A stretch of 32,000 bases of DNA from the NCBI GenBank assembly GCA_963663995.1, contig OY760660.1, positions 1-32,000 of the forward strand. Direction: 5' to 3'. A program made the position numbers and the translations under genes. Source of the DNA: Erysipelotrichaceae bacterium. GTDB lineage: Bacteria; Bacillota_I; Bacilli_A; Erysipelotrichales; Erysipelotrichaceae. Below are positions 29,568 through 32,000 of this stretch, one piece after another. The notes beneath the pieces were generated by a model. That model saw nothing but the letters and a program-made list of their open reading frames with translations, was not told the origin of the DNA and did no database searches. The first letter of the stretch is position 1. Each line of letters starts with the position of its first letter.

Positions 29568-30208
29568 TGATTATTGCACCATCACTTCTTTCAATGGATT
29601 TAACTCAAACTAAAAAACAATTAGAAGAAATTGAAGCTTCTAAAGCCAAATGGTTACATATTGATATTATGGATGGACATTTTGTCCCTAATTTGAGTTT
29701 TGGACCAGCGTTTGTATCACAGATTCGTAAAGCCAGTCCACTCTTTTTAGATGTCCATATTATGGTGTCTGATCCACATACCTATGCACCGATATTTATT
29801 GATGCAGGAGCTGATTTAATTACGTTTCATATTGAAGCCACAGATGATGTCGATACATTAATTAAAACCATCAAAGCTAAAGGTCGTAAAGTAGGCTTAT
29901 CAATTAAACCAAAAACACCGGTTGAAAGCTTATGGCCTTATTTGAAAGAGATAGATTTAGTTTTAGTGATGTCGGTTGAACCAGGCTTTGGTGGTCAAAG
30001 TTTTATGCCAGAATCATTAGACAAAATTCGCTCTATTCGTGAAGAGATAGACAGTCAAGGTTTATCAACGATTTTAGAAGTTGATGGTGGAATCAATGAG
30101 GCAACCGCCAAACTCGTTGTTGAAGCTGGTTCGGATTGTTTAGTAGCGGGGTCCTATATTTTTAATAAAAACATTGAAGAAGCTGTAAATTCTTTATGGA
30201 ACATTTAG
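29567..30208 (+). CDS. rpe: Ribulose-phosphate 3-epimerase
   Basis: IAPSLLS.D, HIDIMDGHFVPN, MSVEPGFGGQ, VDGGI motifs. Confidence 0.95.
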   Translation: MIIAPSLLSMDLTQTKKQLEEIEASKAKWLHIDIMDGHFVPNLSFGPAFVSQIRKASPLFLDVHIMVSDPHTYAPIFIDAGADLITFHIEATDDVDTLIKTIKAKGRKVGLSIKPKTPVESLWPYLKEIDLVLVMSVEPGFGGQSFMPESLDKIRSIREEIDSQGLSTILEVDGGINEATAKLVVEAGSDCLVAGSYIFNKNIEEAVNSLWNI

Positions 30209-30798
30209 CCACACTCGTATTAAAAAATGTTGATTTTAAGGCAGAAGGAGATTGTTTCGGTTGTGAAACTGGGACATTAGCCATTATTGATAAGAACTTA
30301 CCTTTACAGTGTGCGCTTGGCGATTTTGATTCGATTAGTGCGGCTGACTTAAAACGAATAAAAGAAAAAGCTTTATCGATAGAAACATATTCTTCCCATA
30401 AAGATTTTAGTGATAGTGAATTAGCTGTTGATTATCTTGTCCAAAAAGGCTATCAAAACATAAATGTTTATGGTGGACTAGGTGGACGTACTGATCATCA
30501 ACATATCAATTTCTTATTAGCGCTTAAATATCCACAAGTCAAATTCATTGATGCAATTCAAGAACTGTATTCATTGTCTGTTGGAGAACATCTTATTGAA
30601 AAAGGAAATTATGATGTTTTCTCAATCTTTTCGTTTAAGAAAGCACAAATATCAATAGAGGATTGTGAGTATCCTCTTTCAAAAAAAGACATTGATATAG
30701 ATAATACTTTAACGCTTAGTAATGCATGGATTAGTGATTATGCACGATTAACGATTCATGCAGGGAAATGCTTAATCATAAAATGTAAAAATAGATAA
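30196..30798 (+). CDS. Thiamine pyrophosphokinase
   Basis: GDFDS and GGLGGRTDH motifs, ~200 aa. 13-nt overlap with rpe. Same position as B. subtilis thiN (yloS). Confidence 0.85.
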   Translation: MEHLATLVLKNVDFKAEGDCFGCETGTLAIIDKNLPLQCALGDFDSISAADLKRIKEKALSIETYSSHKDFSDSELAVDYLVQKGYQNINVYGGLGGRTDHQHINFLLALKYPQVKFIDAIQELYSLSVGEHLIEKGNYDVFSIFSFKKAQISIEDCEYPLSKKDIDIDNTLTLSNAWISDYARLTIHAGKCLIIKCKNR

Positions 30799-30826
30799 AA
30801 AAAAACGGAATCATTTCCGTTTTTAT
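30799..30826. terminator. Bidirectional terminator between the thiamine pyrophosphokinase gene and rpmB
   Basis: AAAACGGAA (30802-30810) / TTCCGTTTT (30815-30823), loop TCAT. The A-run and T-run serve both strands. Touches the rpmB stop. Confidence 0.85.
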
Positions 30827-31014
30827 CCGTTTTGTTGAGCTTTGAGTGTTTTTAAAGCACGAGCAGATACGCGGATGCGAACTGGTTTGCCATCAACCAT
30901 AACTCTAACTTTTTGTAGGTTCACATTCCACTTACGACGTGATGATTGTAAGGAGTGAGAACGCTTATTGCCTGATAAGGCGCCTTTACCACTAACGGCA
31001 CAAACTCTTGACAT
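30823..31014 (-). CDS. rpmB: 50S ribosomal protein L28
   Basis: [38 protein letters not shown]..., 63 aa. SD AAGGGGG. Confidence 0.96.
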   Translation of the reverse strand: MSRVCAVSGKGALSGNKRSHSLQSSRRKWNVNLQKVRVMVDGKPVRIRVSARALKTLKAQQNG

Positions 31015-31055
31015 GTAGAAGACCCCCTTTCAAAGGTTTTATAAAGTGCTTATGA

Positions 31056-31084
31056 ATAATAGCATGTTTAACCATTGAATGCAA
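31056..31084 (-). promoter_or_regulatory. rpmB promoter TTGCAT-N17-TATTAT with TG extension
   Basis: Minus strand: -35 TTGCAT (31084-31079), 17-nt spacer, TGcTATTAT (-10 at 31061-31056). Confidence 0.65.
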
Positions 31085-31125
31085 GGGTTATAAGTACACT
31101 TTAAGTCATAAATAAAAACTTGCTA

Positions 31126-31134
31126 TGTTATAAT
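31126..31134 (+). promoter_or_regulatory. Extended -10 TGtTATAAT for the FtsA-like gene
   Basis: Sequence GCTATGTTATAATTATC. A leader of about 20 nt carries SD GAGGG (31151-31155) before ATG 31160. Confidence 0.55.
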
Positions 31135-31159
31135 TATCTCAATTGAGAGTGAGGGTGAA

Positions 31160-32000
31160 ATGAACGACCAAAACGTCCATGCAGCATTAGAAATTGCGGA
31201 CCATGAAATCCGTTTGGCGATTGGCCAATTTTACAATACTAGACTCAATATTTTAAAAGTAGAAAGAGTTGCATGTTCGGGTGTTTTAGGTACGTATATT
31301 GCTGATCAACAGTCTGTTGTTGATGCGATTAATGCCGCTAAAAAACATGTTAAGGATACCTTAGGGGTTGATTTAAAAAGAGTTATTTTAGCGCTCCCCA
31401 CTTTAAATGCTTCTCGTTATGTTAAACATATTGAACGCAAAATAAATGAGCAAGTTACTTTGAATGATATTAAAGCGATTATGAAAGAAGCATATCATGC
31501 AGATATTCCAGCTCATCAAGAACTTATTAATGCTTTTATAACAAAATCAGTGGTTAATGGAATCACTTTAAGAAGATTACCTATCAATGAATACTGCGAT
31601 TCAATCAATGTTAGTGTTGATTTACTCTGTGCCGATCGTGACTTAGTTTATCGTTATGCACAAACCGTTGAAAAAGCCGGTTTAGAGATCTCTGAAATTT
31701 CATTAGATTCTTATGCTTTTGGTAAAGAAGCTTCTTTATTTGAGAAATCCTTAGAACATCACATTGTCGCTTTAAAGATTGAAAGACAATCTTCTAGCTT
31801 AGCTTTATTTGCCCAAGGGAAAATGAGTAGTAGTGAAGTTTTGGATTTAGGGATGCATCAAATGATTGCTAAACTATCTGAGCAAGCACATTTACCTATT
31901 GATGTCGCTGATCGCTTAATGCATTACAATGTACGTTTTGGTTTAGATCATTATCCAGATACACCAGTCTATTTGTGGTCTAGTGATAAACAAACCCATA
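31160..32000 (+). CDS. Divergent FtsA-like (actin/ASKHA-fold) cell-division protein, 3' end cut by window edge
   Basis: Not in the ORF track because there is no stop in the window. ATG 31160, open to the window end (280 codons). Collinear by eye with FtsA (..ALEIADHEIRLAIG.., ..VDAINAAKKHVKDTLGVDLKRVILALP.., ..VEKAGLEISEISLDSYAFG.., ..VALKIERQSSSLALFAQGKM..). Confidence 0.6.
   Translation, partial: MNDQNVHAALEIADHEIRLAIGQFYNTRLNILKVERVACSGVLGTYIADQQSVVDAINAAKKHVKDTLGVDLKRVILALPTLNASRYVKHIERKINEQVTLNDIKAIMKEAYHADIPAHQELINAFITKSVVNGITLRRLPINEYCDSINVSVDLLCADRDLVYRYAQTVEKAGLEISEISLDSYAFGKEASLFEKSLEHHIVALKIERQSSSLALFAQGKMSSSEVLDLGMHQMIAKLSEQAHLPIDVADRLMHYNVRFGLDHYPDTPVYLWSSDKQTH

Overview
AT-rich (mid-30s %GC by eye) chromosomal segment of a low-GC Gram-positive (Bacillota-type) organism. 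It uses the standard code: TGA ends ftsW-like, hrcA, rlmN and the PP2C gene at their expected C-termini. A PASTA kinase and a SEDS protein imply a peptidoglycan wall. Content is almost entirely housekeeping. In order: a 5'-truncated IS1182-family transposase; a membrane-anchored metallophosphoesterase (-); a LiaF-like protein; a def-rnj operon (-); an IS30-family element inserted between def and a SEDS (FtsW/RodA) gene; rsmD-coaD; a CIRCE-controlled hrcA-grpE-dnaK-dnaJ-clpB operon; an MgtC-family / UPF0104-type membrane protein / small lipoprotein / DUF45 metallopeptidase cluster; rqcH (-); a compacted version of the Bacillus 'ylo' cluster (gmk, then priA-rsmB-rlmN-PP2C-pknB-rsgA-rpe-thiamine pyrophosphokinase); rpmB (-); and a 3'-truncated divergent FtsA-like gene. 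I found no rRNA, tRNA, CRISPR, prophage, toxin-antitoxin or recognisable defence genes, and intergenic space is very small. I see no evidence for a novel multi-gene system in this window. The items most worth a second look are: (1) six genes with a (mostly TG-extended) -10 box 4-11 nt upstream of a start codon that lacks a Shine-Dalgarno, suggesting leaderless mRNAs; (2) an IS30-family element with an unusually long perfect 15-bp flanking direct repeat and one in-frame TGA at a conserved Arg codon of the transposase; (3) an FtsA-like protein whose two phosphate-binding motifs look degenerate; (4) tandem CIRCE operators, one with a compensatory arm change, with clpB appended to the operon. All family assignments come from by-eye motif recognition; no database search was run.
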